NCBI GenBank assembly: GCA_041661765.1
Contig: JBAZTV010000003.1
Location: 79,914 to 143,913 of the forward strand
Source: Candidatus Shapirobacteria bacterium
GTDB lineage: Bacteria > Patescibacteriota > Microgenomatia > UBA12405
DNA: 64,000 bases
Reading direction: 5' to 3'
The notes beneath the pieces are model-generated. The model was not told the origin of the DNA and made no database searches. It saw only the letters and a program-made list of their open reading frames with translations. Of the stretch, positions 1-8,845 are shown piece after piece. Within the stretch, counting starts at the first letter, position 1. Each line of letters begins with the position of its first letter. A program made the translations under genes and the position numbers.

Positions 1-690
1 CCCATCAAACAATTTTATTTTGTCTGTTTTATAAATATTTTTTCCATCAACTTTTATCAATTCAGCGTTAAATTTTTGACCACTCTTTTTTAATTCGCTG
101 TAAATTGAAAAATATTTTTCTTTTGTAAAAGCCGCAATCTCCTTTTCTCTTTCACAAATTAATCTCACCGCCACCGATTGAACTCTTCCCGCCGACAACC
201 CTCTTCTCACTTTCTTCCATAAAATAGGTGACAAGCTATAACCAACCACTCTATCTAAAACCCTTCTGCCCTGTTGAGCATTTACCAAATCCATATCAAT
301 TTCTCGCGATTTTTTTAAAGCTTCTTCAATTGCCTCTTTTGTAATTTCATGGAAAGTAACCCTCGAAATTAATTTTTCATCAACCGGTTTTTTTGCATTT
401 AAAAGAATCCATTTCACATGCCACGAAATCGCTTCTCCTTCACGATCAGGATCAGAAGCCAATAAAATCTGATCAACACTTTTTGAAGCCTTAACTAATT
501 CATCAACCACTTTTTTCTTTTTACTATCAGTCACGTATTCCACTTCAAAATTTTTAAAATCCACTGCCATTTTATTTGTCGGTAAATCTCGAATATGTCC
601 CACAGTAGCCAATACTTTATAATCTCCACCTAAATATTTTCCAATAGTTCTGGCTTTTGTTGGTGACTCCACAATTAATAGTTTTTTCAT
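1..690 (-). CDS. topA: DNA topoisomerase I, N-terminal (Toprim) part; the rest runs off the left edge of the window
   Basis: Minus-strand translation begins MKKLLIVESPTKARTIGKYLGGDYKVLATVGHIRDLP..., the classic Topo IA Toprim N-terminus. ATG at 688-690. Confidence 0.8.
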   Translation of the reverse strand, partial: MKKLLIVESPTKARTIGKYLGGDYKVLATVGHIRDLPTNKMAVDFKNFEVEYVTDSKKKKVVDELVKASKSVDQILLASDPDREGEAISWHVKWILLNAKKPVDEKLISRVTFHEITKEAIEEALKKSREIDMDLVNAQQGRRVLDRVVGYSLSPILWKKVRRGLSAGRVQSVAVRLICEREKEIAAFTKEKYFSIYSELKKSGQKFNAELIKVDGKNIYKTDKIKLFDG

Positions 691-741
691 TTTATCTCTC
701 ATTCTCATCTATAGTATCACCCCTGTCAAGCCGTTAATGTA

Positions 742-1053
742 TTACCGTTTTAATGTCACCACTCTGGTTGGTATTGAATTTTTATCAATATTTAATCTTT
801 TTCTAGTGATAAAATTCGGTTCCAAAACCAAATCACAAGGACCTTTTACTCTTTCAACTTCTTCTAAAACCATTTCACCAATATTAAAACGATAATCACT
901 TTTATAACCTTCAGAACTACCATTATAAATCGACACAATTTTTCCATCTGGTTTTCTCAAAGAAACAACACTGCCTTCACAAATATTCCTTATTTGACGT
1001 TTTTTATTCCATTCTCTTAAATAATTTCCTATATTTAAACATTTTTCAATCAT
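742..1053 (-). CDS. hypothetical small protein (possibly PUA/ASCH-like fold)
   Basis: Intact 103-aa ORF between pbp2 and topA, same orientation; no confident motif. Confidence 0.35.
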   Translation of the reverse strand: MIEKCLNIGNYLREWNKKRQIRNICEGSVVSLRKPDGKIVSIYNGSSEGYKSDYRFNIGEMVLEEVERVKGPCDLVLEPNFITRKRLNIDKNSIPTRVVTLKR

Positions 1054-1086
1054 CGCTTTGTTTTAATAATTAACCTGTTTTACGGA

Positions 1087-2724
1087 TTATTGTAACACAC
1101 TCTTTTTTTCTGATTTTCTTGGCACCACTGTATTTGGCTCATCAAACCATTCTTTTAAAATATCTCCTACAATTGGTGCCGCAACATCCGATCCTTCACC
1201 ACCTCTTTCAACTAAAACAGTAATTGAAATCTGTGGATCATCTGCCGGAGCAAAAGCTGTTAACCATGCCTGAGTATCTTTACTTCCATCACCCACTTCT
1301 GCCGTCCCGGTTTTACAAGCAATTTCAGTTTTAAAATTAAATAAAGGCCAAGCAGTTCCACCTGTTTTACAAGCCGCTTTCATTCCCTCAATCACTGTTT
1401 TTACATTTTCTTTTTTTATTTTCAAATCTTCACATTCCACTTTCGAATCTTTCAAAATACTCATTTTACATTTCTTGCCTTCATTGGCAATGATATTTGT
1501 CATTTGATTTACCTGCAATGGTGTTACACTCAAATCTCCCTGACCAATTGATAAATGAATTGTATTTCCTAAAAACCAATTCTCTCCCTTAACTTCTTTT
1601 TTCCATTTCTCATCAGGCACAATCCCCTCCAGTTCTCCAGCTAATTCCACCCCCGTTCTACTCCCATATCCATATTTTTTAGCCCAAGTGTCTATTCTTT
1701 CCAACCCCAACCTTTCTCCTAAAGTATAAAAAAAGATATCATTCGATCTTTTAAGCGCCTTCACTACATTTACCATCCCATCAGTATTTCCGCTCCAAGT
1801 TTTATAAGAATAATCACCCACTTTAAAAACACCTATATCTTCAATTTCAGTGTCTTTATTTATCACTCCACTTTCCAATCCAGCCGTCGCCATCACTATT
1901 TTAAAGACAGATCCTGGACTAAATCTTCCCGCAGTTGCTCTATTCATCAACGGTAAATTATAATTATCACTCAAATAATCTCTAATTTTATTTTGGTCAA
2001 TATCGTAAGAAAAATCATTTGCATTAAAAGACGGACTAGAAACCATAGTAATTATCTTTCCAGTTTTTGGTTCACTTATTATCACCACCGCTTTTTTACC
2101 ACCAAGCATTTTGTAAATTTTATCCTGCCAATAAGCATCTATCGATAAATTTAAGTCAGATGCCACAATTGGTTCTTGTCTTCCTAATTCTCTAACATAT
2201 TTCCCCAAAGCGTCAATTTCCACTAACCTTTTTCCATCAATTCCCCTAATTTGACAATCTAAAAATGATTCCACCCCACTTCTTCCAACCACTTCATCAT
2301 TACCTAATTTTATTCCACATTTATTTTCACTTTGGTCATTTTCATTGACTTTTCCAACATATCCAGTAATCAACGACATCGATTCTCCGTAAAGATAGGA
2401 TCTTTTTAATTCATAAGCCAAGTTTTCCTCTTCAAATTTATATCCTTGAAAATCTCCTAAACTCTCATAAATTTTATTACCTCCATCCATTCTAAAATAT
2501 TGATAAATACTTTTTACTATCACTCTCCCTTTTCTATCCAATATTGTTGTTCTAGCTGCTGGAATTTTTTTCTCCATTAATTTATTTTCCATTGCTAAAT
2601 CTTTATAATAAACACCCTTAATTACATCTAATTTAAAAATAGACACCAAAATAATCCCAAAACTTAATATCAAGCCAAATCTTAAAATCCAATATTTCCA
2701 AGAACCATCATCTATTTGATTCAT
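1087..2724 (-). CDS. mrdA: penicillin-binding protein 2 (peptidoglycan D,D-transpeptidase)
   Basis: N-terminal TM anchor. SVFK (SxxK), SGN (SxN) and KTGTA (KTG) transpeptidase motifs. 4-bp overlap with mreB. Confidence 0.85.
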   Translation of the reverse strand: MNQIDDGSWKYWILRFGLILSFGIILVSIFKLDVIKGVYYKDLAMENKLMEKKIPAARTTILDRKGRVIVKSIYQYFRMDGGNKIYESLGDFQGYKFEEENLAYELKRSYLYGESMSLITGYVGKVNENDQSENKCGIKLGNDEVVGRSGVESFLDCQIRGIDGKRLVEIDALGKYVRELGRQEPIVASDLNLSIDAYWQDKIYKMLGGKKAVVIISEPKTGKIITMVSSPSFNANDFSYDIDQNKIRDYLSDNYNLPLMNRATAGRFSPGSVFKIVMATAGLESGVINKDTEIEDIGVFKVGDYSYKTWSGNTDGMVNVVKALKRSNDIFFYTLGERLGLERIDTWAKKYGYGSRTGVELAGELEGIVPDEKWKKEVKGENWFLGNTIHLSIGQGDLSVTPLQVNQMTNIIANEGKKCKMSILKDSKVECEDLKIKKENVKTVIEGMKAACKTGGTAWPLFNFKTEIACKTGTAEVGDGSKDTQAWLTAFAPADDPQISITVLVERGGEGSDVAAPIVGDILKEWFDEPNTVVPRKSEKKSVLQ

Positions 2725-3833
2725 TCTTTCAATCCCGACACCAATTTAACTTGTTTAAGTGTTTCTCTATTTTGAATCAATTCACCACATCCTTTAACCA
2801 CCATCATTCCTGGTTCTTCTAAAACTTTAGTAAATATCTTTGTTTCACTTTCAATCAACTGTGCTAAACCTTTTATTTTTCCCCCATTTCCCACTAATAC
2901 AATTCCTCTCTTTAAAATGTCTTCCATCAATTCTGGCGGAGTTTCATCTAAAACCGTCGACACTAGTTTGACAATTTTGATCAATTCCATAGTTATTGCC
3001 TCTCTCACTTCTATTTCTGTTAATCTAATTGTTTTTGGTAAACCAGTTTCTAAGTCTCGACCTCTCACCAATGCTGTTTTTTTATCACCATCATTATTTG
3101 AAAAATTTCCAATTTCCATCTTAATTCTCTCCGCACTATTCTGACCAATCAAAATTCCATATTTCATTTTCACATAATTAACAATACTATTATCTAAATC
3201 ATCTCCAGCAGTCTTAATTCCTCGACCTACCACCACTCCCCCCATCGAAATTACACTCACTTCAGTCTTTCCCCCACCCACGTCCACAATCACCAGCCCC
3301 GAACAACTATCCACTGGCAAACCAATTCCAATCGCTGCCAAAACCACCTCTTCTAAAAGAATAACTTCCTTAGCTCCAGCATTTAAAAAAATTGATTTTA
3401 CTGCCCTTTTTTGCACCTGATTAATTGAACTTGGCACTCCCACAATTACTCTTGGTTTAAAAATTTTAGGATATTTTGATGGAATTTCATAAACCAATTT
3501 CAAATAATAAGAAATCAAACTTTCCAATGCCTCAAAATCTGAGATCACCCCATTTTTAATTGGACTCACAACTTCAATCTGCTTTGGCTCTCGATTTAAC
3601 ATCTCTTTTGCCTTAAATCCAAAAGCAATTGGACCACTTTGCTTTGTCCTTGGAGCCGATAAACCAGTCCATCTTTTCTTTTTCTGTCTAGCAATCATAG
3701 TTGGTTCATCCACAATCACTCCTCTATCCTTTAAATAAATCAAAGTATTACTACTTCCCAAATCCACTCCAATTTCCCAACTAAAATTGGATATAAATTT
3801 TTCTAATTTTTCTTTGATTCCAAATAACTCCAT
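2721..3833 (-). CDS. mreB: rod shape-determining actin homologue MreB
   Basis: Motifs GVDLGSSNTLIY, VIVGVPS and LVIVDVGGGKTEVSVIS, typical of the MreB/actin ATPase fold. Confidence 0.9.
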   Translation of the reverse strand: MELFGIKEKLEKFISNFSWEIGVDLGSSNTLIYLKDRGVIVDEPTMIARQKKKRWTGLSAPRTKQSGPIAFGFKAKEMLNREPKQIEVVSPIKNGVISDFEALESLISYYLKLVYEIPSKYPKIFKPRVIVGVPSSINQVQKRAVKSIFLNAGAKEVILLEEVVLAAIGIGLPVDSCSGLVIVDVGGGKTEVSVISMGGVVVGRGIKTAGDDLDNSIVNYVKMKYGILIGQNSAERIKMEIGNFSNNDGDKKTALVRGRDLETGLPKTIRLTEIEVREAITMELIKIVKLVSTVLDETPPELMEDILKRGIVLVGNGGKIKGLAQLIESETKIFTKVLEEPGMMVVKGCGELIQNRETLKQVKLVSGLKE

Positions 3834-3851
3834 CTGTTAAAATTATACTCT

Positions 3852-5867
3852 ATGAAGTCCTTTATTAAGCTAATCCGTTTTTTGTTTTTAGCTCTGTTTT
3901 TTTTCACCCCTCTTATTTTCACTCAATCAAATTCTGAGCTTTTTGAATTACCAAAAATGTATTTCGTTTATATTTCAACTACACTAATAACTACCTTTCA
4001 TTTAATTAATGTTTTCCAAAAAAAAGCTCCGTTCCATCAAAAAACTTTTTTAGATATTCCTCTTTTTCTCTTTTTTATCTCCCAAGTAATTTCCACTTAT
4101 TATTCCATTGATCCACATACTTCATTTTATGGCTATTATTCTCGTCTCAACGGCGGTCTTTTGTCGCTGATTTGTTATCTGCTTCTTTATTTTATTTTAT
4201 CTGTTTATCTCAACTCCGATTTTAAAAATAAGATTATCAATTTTTCACTATTTTCGGCATTTTTAGTTTCTATTTATGCCATCACCGAACATTTTGGTAT
4301 CGATAAAAATCTATGGGTTCAAGATGTCCAATCCCGAGTTTTTTCCACTCTAGGCCAACCAAACTGGCTCGCCGCCTATCTTTGTATTTTCATTCCTTTT
4401 TCAATTTATAAATTTTTTGAATCAATAAAAATGTACGGGCGCGGCGTGACGCGCCCTTACCTGTATTTAATATTAACTTCAATTTTTTACGTCGCAATTC
4501 TTTTTACCAAATCAAAATCTGGCATCATTGCTTGTCTCATCTCTATTATCATTTATTTTACAATTTACTTTTTCCAGAATTTAAAAAATAAATCATCCTT
4601 AAGCAAAATCTCCATTTTTGCTTTAATTTTTATTTTATTAACCTTCACCATTAATAATCCTATCAAGGATTATTTTTTTTCATCTATAGAGACGCAACGC
4701 ATGGCGTCTCTACAATCTACAAATAATCCTGAGTCATCCAAAATCCTAATCACCTCTTCCGGCAACATCCGAAAAATTGTTTGGAAAGGGGCCATTGATC
4801 TTTGGAAAAAATTCCCCATTTTTGGCACTGGCGTTGAAACTTTTGCTTATTCCTATTATTGGACCCGTCCAGTCGAACATAATCTCACCTCAGAGTGGGA
4901 CTTTCTTTATAACAAAGCCCACAACGAATACATTAACTATCTCGCCACCACTGGCGCTGTCGGTTTCCTCACCTATTGTTTTGTAATCATCTCTGTTTTG
5001 TTTTTCTCCTTAAAGTCTCCCTTGTCAAAGGGAGATTTAGAGGGATTGAACCTAGTCATACTAGCCAGTTTCTCTAGCCTTTTAATAACTAATTTTGCCG
5101 GTTTTTCAGTTGTTACCACTTCACTCTTTTTTTTCCTTCTCCCCACCTTACTATTAGATGAATGCCCTACCTGCCCTGTCAAGGGAAGGTGGTCCCAATT
5201 TATTGGGACCGAAAGGGTTTTAACCATAACCACTATTATCATCAGTTTATTCTTCATCCAAAAAATAATTTACTTCTATATAGCCGACATCGCCTACAGC
5301 CAATCTGAAAAATACGATTCTCAAAACGACTACTCCACCGCTCTCTCTTTTGCTCAAGTTAGCCATCAACTAAATCCCAACGAACCACTCTACACTGACA
5401 AATTAGCCACTATCTATTCTAAAATTGCTCTAAGCACCGGCAAACAAGAATATGTCGATCAAGCCGTCATTTATTCCGATTTAACTATTAAAACCTCTCC
5501 GGCCAACATTAATTTTTGGAAACAACGTGCTCAAAATTATCTTTACATATCCAGCGTTGATACTAAATATTTCACTATTTCTATTACCGCCCTCACCAAT
5601 GCTGCTAGCCTTGCCCCCACTGATCCTAAAATTTTCTATTCCCTCGGCCAATTTTTAGAAACCGCCAACCTCACCGACCAAGCCATTCCCTATTATCAAA
5701 AAGCCATCGAACTAAAATCAAATTACGACCATGCCTATTTTGCCCTCGGTAAAATTTATTTAACCAAAAAAGAAAATAACCTAGCCAAAGAAAACCTTCA
5801 AAAAACTATTGATTATTCATACCCCACCAACATCGAAGCCCAAAAATTACTTGATCAAATTAAATAA
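3852..5867 (+). CDS. polytopic membrane protein, O-antigen ligase/Wzy_C-like, with C-terminal TPR repeats
   Basis: At least 10 predicted TM helices, then TPR-like repeats (AIPYYQKAIELKSNYDHAYFALGKIY). Contains five in-frame GC-rich palindromes (see findings). Confidence 0.6.
   Translation: MKSFIKLIRFLFLALFFFTPLIFTQSNSELFELPKMYFVYISTTLITTFHLINVFQKKAPFHQKTFLDIPLFLFFISQVISTYYSIDPHTSFYGYYSRLNGGLLSLICYLLLYFILSVYLNSDFKNKIINFSLFSAFLVSIYAITEHFGIDKNLWVQDVQSRVFSTLGQPNWLAAYLCIFIPFSIYKFFESIKMYGRGVTRPYLYLILTSIFYVAILFTKSKSGIIACLISIIIYFTIYFFQNLKNKSSLSKISIFALIFILLTFTINNPIKDYFFSSIETQRMASLQSTNNPESSKILITSSGNIRKIVWKGAIDLWKKFPIFGTGVETFAYSYYWTRPVEHNLTSEWDFLYNKAHNEYINYLATTGAVGFLTYCFVIISVLFFSLKSPLSKGDLEGLNLVILASFSSLLITNFAGFSVVTTSLFFFLLPTLLLDECPTCPVKGRWSQFIGTERVLTITTIIISLFFIQKIIYFYIADIAYSQSEKYDSQNDYSTALSFAQVSHQLNPNEPLYTDKLATIYSKIALSTGKQEYVDQAVIYSDLTIKTSPANINFWKQRAQNYLYISSVDTKYFTISITALTNAASLAPTDPKIFYSLGQFLETANLTDQAIPYYQKAIELKSNYDHAYFALGKIYLTKKENNLAKENLQKTIDYSYPTNIEAQKLLDQIK
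4437..5210. repeat. cluster of five GC-rich short palindromes/hairpins embedded in-frame in the Wzy/TPR gene (4437-4456, 4687-4712, 5016-5035, 5174-5185, 5191-5210)
   Basis: Sequences: gggcgcg-gcgtga-cgcgccc; tagagacgc-aacgcatg-gcgtctcta; tctccctt-gtca-aagggaga; ccct-gtca-aggg; ggtcccaa-ttta-ttgggacc. All stand out against AT-rich surroundings. Confidence 0.8.
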
Positions 5868-6417
5868 AATCAATTTTACTTTGCAAAAACATTTCTCCTT
5901 TAATTTCTTTATATAATTTTCCACCATCTTTTTTTATATGATCAATAAAAACTATACCATCTAAATGATCCGATTCATGTTGCCACACAATTGCTTCAAA
6001 TCCACCTAACTTTCGGTTTTTTCTGACTAATTTTTCTTCTTCAATTTCATCCCAACTCACATCAATTTCCAAAAATCTTTTTACTGTTCCAAAATATTTT
6101 GGAAAAGATAGACATCCTTCCAAAAAATCCTCTTCCTTTTTATTTTCACCAACAATTTTTGGATAAACTTTTCCGCCATAACTTTTTTCAATTTTAGGAT
6201 TAATAAAAATCAAAGGCTCTCTATTAGACAATTCTTTGCTTCCAAAAAATCTCTTACTTACTCCAATTTGAGGCGCCGCTAAACCCGCAGCATTCTCGCC
6301 ATTTTTCAATATATTTTTTAAATCATCCATTTCCTCCAGCAACCTTTCGTCTATATTTTTAATTTCTTCTGTTTTTTGTCTTAATATTCCTGCTGGATAA
6401 ATCACAATTTTTCTCAT
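5860..6417 (-). CDS. def: peptide deformylase
   Basis: Motifs GLAAPQIG, EGCLSFP and QHESDHLDG, the three PDF signature motifs. Confidence 0.9.
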   Translation of the reverse strand: MRKIVIYPAGILRQKTEEIKNIDERLLEEMDDLKNILKNGENAAGLAAPQIGVSKRFFGSKELSNREPLIFINPKIEKSYGGKVYPKIVGENKKEEDFLEGCLSFPKYFGTVKRFLEIDVSWDEIEEEKLVRKNRKLGGFEAIVWQHESDHLDGIVFIDHIKKDGGKLYKEIKGEMFLQSKIDFI

Positions 6418-6444
6418 ACGCTATTTTACCAAATAAAAATAAAG

Positions 6445-6475
6445 TCTCCCTGTCAAGGGAGATGTCCGAAGGACA
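6445..6475. promoter_or_regulatory. two adjacent hairpins in the def/fmt divergent intergenic region
   Basis: tctccct-gtca-agggaga (6445-6462), then tgtcc-gaa-ggaca (6463-6475). The first hairpin is the same motif as the intragenic copies at 5016 and 5174. Confidence 0.5.
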
Positions 6476-6503
6476 GAGGGTTTAAATTTGCTAAAATATC
6501 ATC

Positions 6504-7370
6504 ATGACCAACCTCATTTTTTTTGGTTCCTCCGAATATTCCCTAATTATTCTAAAAAAAATTCTCGAAATTAAAGATTTTAATTTAATTAGTGTTGTCA
6601 CTAAAACAGATAAAGCCGTCGGTCGTAATCAAAAAATAACAGCCAATCCTGTGGCTAATTTTGCCCACCAAAACAACATTAAACTCTATCAAGTCGAAGA
6701 ATTTACTCCCGAATTCAAATCTGAAATCCAAAATCTGAAATCTGACATATTTATCTGTGTTGCCTTCGGTCCCCCTTATTTCGATCAGGAAATGATTGAC
6801 ATTCCCAAATTCAAAATTATTAACATTCACCCCTCTCCTCTACCAAAATATCGCGGCGCAACTCCTGGTCCTTGGCAAATTATCAATGGTGAAACCAAAA
6901 CAGCTGTCTCTTTTTTCCAAATCGATTCTCTTCCTGATCATGGCCCTATCATTTCTCAAATTCCTTTCGATATTAGTCCCACCGATACCGCCACCAGTTT
7001 TTATCAAAAAGCTTTTATCATTGCCGCCAATAATCTAGAGACAGTTATTAAAAAATATATCAATAATCTGAAATCTTTAACTCCCCAAGACCACACCCAA
7101 AAAACCTATTTCCCAAAATTTACCAAAGACAATGCTCAAATCGATTGGTCTTGGGATATTTCTAAAATTGAGCGTTTTATCCGAGCTCTCAACCCTTGGC
7201 CAATTGCCTGGACATTTGTCACCAACCAACAATCACAAAAAATCAAAATGAAAATTTTATCCGCTTCCATCATTAATCAACAATTAATCCCCAACACTGT
7301 TCAAATCGAAGGTAAAAAAATCGTCAGCTGGTCCGAAATCTGTAAATATTACACTATAAATAAAAACTAA
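6504..7370 (+). CDS. fmt: methionyl-tRNA formyltransferase
   Basis: N-terminal formyltransferase fold with NIHPSPLPKYRGATP (the SLLP/HPS motif); C-terminal Fmt domain. Confidence 0.85.
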   Translation: MTNLIFFGSSEYSLIILKKILEIKDFNLISVVTKTDKAVGRNQKITANPVANFAHQNNIKLYQVEEFTPEFKSEIQNLKSDIFICVAFGPPYFDQEMIDIPKFKIINIHPSPLPKYRGATPGPWQIINGETKTAVSFFQIDSLPDHGPIISQIPFDISPTDTATSFYQKAFIIAANNLETVIKKYINNLKSLTPQDHTQKTYFPKFTKDNAQIDWSWDISKIERFIRALNPWPIAWTFVTNQQSQKIKMKILSASIINQQLIPNTVQIEGKKIVSWSEICKYYTINKN

Positions 7371-7470
7371 TTATTAAGAATAAATTAAAAAATTTTTGCC
7401 TATAAATAGGGTTTTCTTTTTTTGACATTTTTTTTAAATACTTTTTAATTAATTAAAGGAGGTAAAAAAT

Positions 7471-7572
7471 ATGCCAGTCAAAAAACCAGCAAAAAAAGTA
7501 GTCAAGAAAGTTGCTAAAAAAGCAACTAAAAAAGTCGCAAAGAAAAAAGTGGCCAAAAAAGCCAAAAAATAA
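7471..7572 (+). CDS. 33-aa lysine/alanine-rich basic protein (histone H1-like AKK/PAKK repeats); not in the supplied ORF track
   Basis: Encodes MPVKKPAKKVVKKVAKKATKKVAKKKVAKKAKK. AGGAGG sits 8 nt upstream of the ATG. TTGACA-like -35 at about 7424. Hairpin plus T-run follows immediately. Confidence 0.55.
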   Translation: MPVKKPAKKVVKKVAKKATKKVAKKKVAKKAKK

Positions 7573-7595
7573 AAACTGAAAGTTCGAACAAAAAG

Positions 7596-7622
7596 CGGTG
7601 CTTATTTAAGTGCCGTTTTTTG
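7596..7622. terminator. bidirectional intrinsic terminator between the K-rich ORF (+) and rpmB (-)
   Basis: cggtgctta-tt-taagtgccg stem (with two G-U pairs) followed by TTTTTT. The reverse complement also ends in a T-run. Confidence 0.5.
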
Positions 7623-7826
7623 TTATTTAGTCTCTTTTTTAAGCCTTTTCAAACACTTTGTACAAAAACTACCACTAATTTTATCTTCACCAACAGTCAA
7701 AGTAACCTTCTGGATATTAGCCATAAAAGTCCTAGGTGTTCTATTTTGGGCATGTGATCGGTTTTGGCCAATCTTTGTCCCCTTATTACATAAACTACAT
7801 GTTCTCATAGTAAGGTATAATATCAA
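7623..7826 (-). CDS. rpmB: 50S ribosomal protein L28
   Basis: MRTCSLCNKGTKIGQNRSHAQNRTPRTFMANIQKV matches the L28 pattern (CxxC...SHS/N-RT-R-F-PN). Confidence 0.85.
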   Translation of the reverse strand: MILYLTMRTCSLCNKGTKIGQNRSHAQNRTPRTFMANIQKVTLTVGEDKISGSFCTKCLKRLKKETK

Positions 7827-7846
7827 AACAAACTATTTTTTGAAAT

Positions 7847-8449
7847 ATGATAAATTTCCTTTCCTTTTTAGTCTTAATTATCAGTATTACTATTCATGAG
7901 TTTTGTCATGCTTTAGCTGCCGATCGTCTTGGTGATCCAACTCCACGTTCTCTTGGTCGACTAACATTAAATCCTTTAGCCCATGCCGACCCCATTGGCA
8001 CCATTTTTTTACCTCTTTTAAGTGTTTTTACAGGAATTCCCACTATTGGTTGGGCTAAACCAGTTATTATTGATCCTTACAATTTCAAAAATCCTAAAAA
8101 AGATGAAATATTAGTCTCTATCGCTGGTCCCGCTGGAAATATTTTACTCGCCCTTTTTGCTTCTCTTCTTTTTAAATTTTTAGGAGTCCAAAATATTTTA
8201 CTCTACCTTTTAATATTAATTAATATCTCTTTAGCCGTTTTTAATCTTTTACCAATTCCTCCCCTCGACGGCTCTAAAATTTTTCTAAACTTACTTCCTG
8301 AAGAAAAGTCTATTCAATGGCAAGAAGCTTTTGATCGTTATGGATTTATTCTTCTGATTATATTAGTTTTCCTTCCAATTGGTGGCAGTTCAATTTTTCA
8401 AATTATTCTATCACCAATTGTCCAATTTACCCTGTCGCTACTTACTTAA
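7847..8449 (+). CDS. site-2 protease family (peptidase M50) membrane metalloprotease
   Basis: HEFCHALAA (HExxH) lies inside the first TM segment; multiple TM helices; LDGSKI motif. Confidence 0.75.
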   Translation: MINFLSFLVLIISITIHEFCHALAADRLGDPTPRSLGRLTLNPLAHADPIGTIFLPLLSVFTGIPTIGWAKPVIIDPYNFKNPKKDEILVSIAGPAGNILLALFASLLFKFLGVQNILLYLLILINISLAVFNLLPIPPLDGSKIFLNLLPEEKSIQWQEAFDRYGFILLIILVFLPIGGSSIFQIILSPIVQFTLSLLT

Positions 8450-8659
8450 TCTCTTATTCAAATCTTCGACCATTTTCCCTATTTGGTCATCAGTCATTCC
8501 ATGAACTAAAGCTCCTTGTTCTAAAGTTTCCATTGACGCCGCCATACAACCAACGCAATGAAATCCATATTCTCCAGTTAACACTGAAGCCAAATCTGGA
8601 TTTTGTTCCACTAAATCTAAAATCAAAATATCTTTGGTAATTTTCGTTTTATTTTTCAT
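8438..8659 (-). CDS. DUF1858-like small redox-disulfide domain protein
   Basis: 73 aa with FHCVGCMAASMETLEQG, resembling the hybrid-cluster-protein-associated disulfide domain family. Confidence 0.45.
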   Translation of the reverse strand: MKNKTKITKDILILDLVEQNPDLASVLTGEYGFHCVGCMAASMETLEQGALVHGMTDDQIGKMVEDLNKRLSK

Positions 8660-8845
8660 GGTTAAATTATATCAAAAATGGTAAAATTAATTGTCCTACC
8701 AAAAGCAGTACTTTAAGAAGGTGTTTTTTCTAACTATCCATCTAAGATGGAAGGCATATTTTTAGGGTTTGCGCCCTAAAAGAGTCTTCCGACATTTTTT
8801 AGTATGGAAAAGCCATTATTGAAGAAAACTTTTGGTGGGGCTTTC

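Noticed and set aside
4973-5257. Embedded ORFs inside larger genes (4777..4986, 4973..5257, 2917..3144, 6585..6830, 6796..7038, 13727..13921, 17484..17711, 21299..21506, 25255..25817, 26925..27173, 28011..28220, 31067..31264, 33102..33287, 36888..37085, 37357..37960, 39707..40007, 40884..41096, 41518..41793, 42546..42731, 42829..43017, 45213..45443, 52528..52806, 55954..56175, 57354..57563, 58200..58388, 58536..58835, 62200..62601, 62318..62542, 63232..63668)
   Set aside because: All are short, lie in alternative frames or on the antisense strand of well-supported longer genes, and carry no recognisable motifs. Treated as spurious.
8690-8845. Possible ncRNA/terminators between GT28 gene and DUF1858 gene (hairpins tccatct-a-agatgga and tttaggg-tttgcg-ccctaaa)
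   Set aside because: The hairpins are real, but neither is followed by a U-tract on either strand, and no promoter-terminator pair brackets them. Left unannotated; they could be protein-binding sites.
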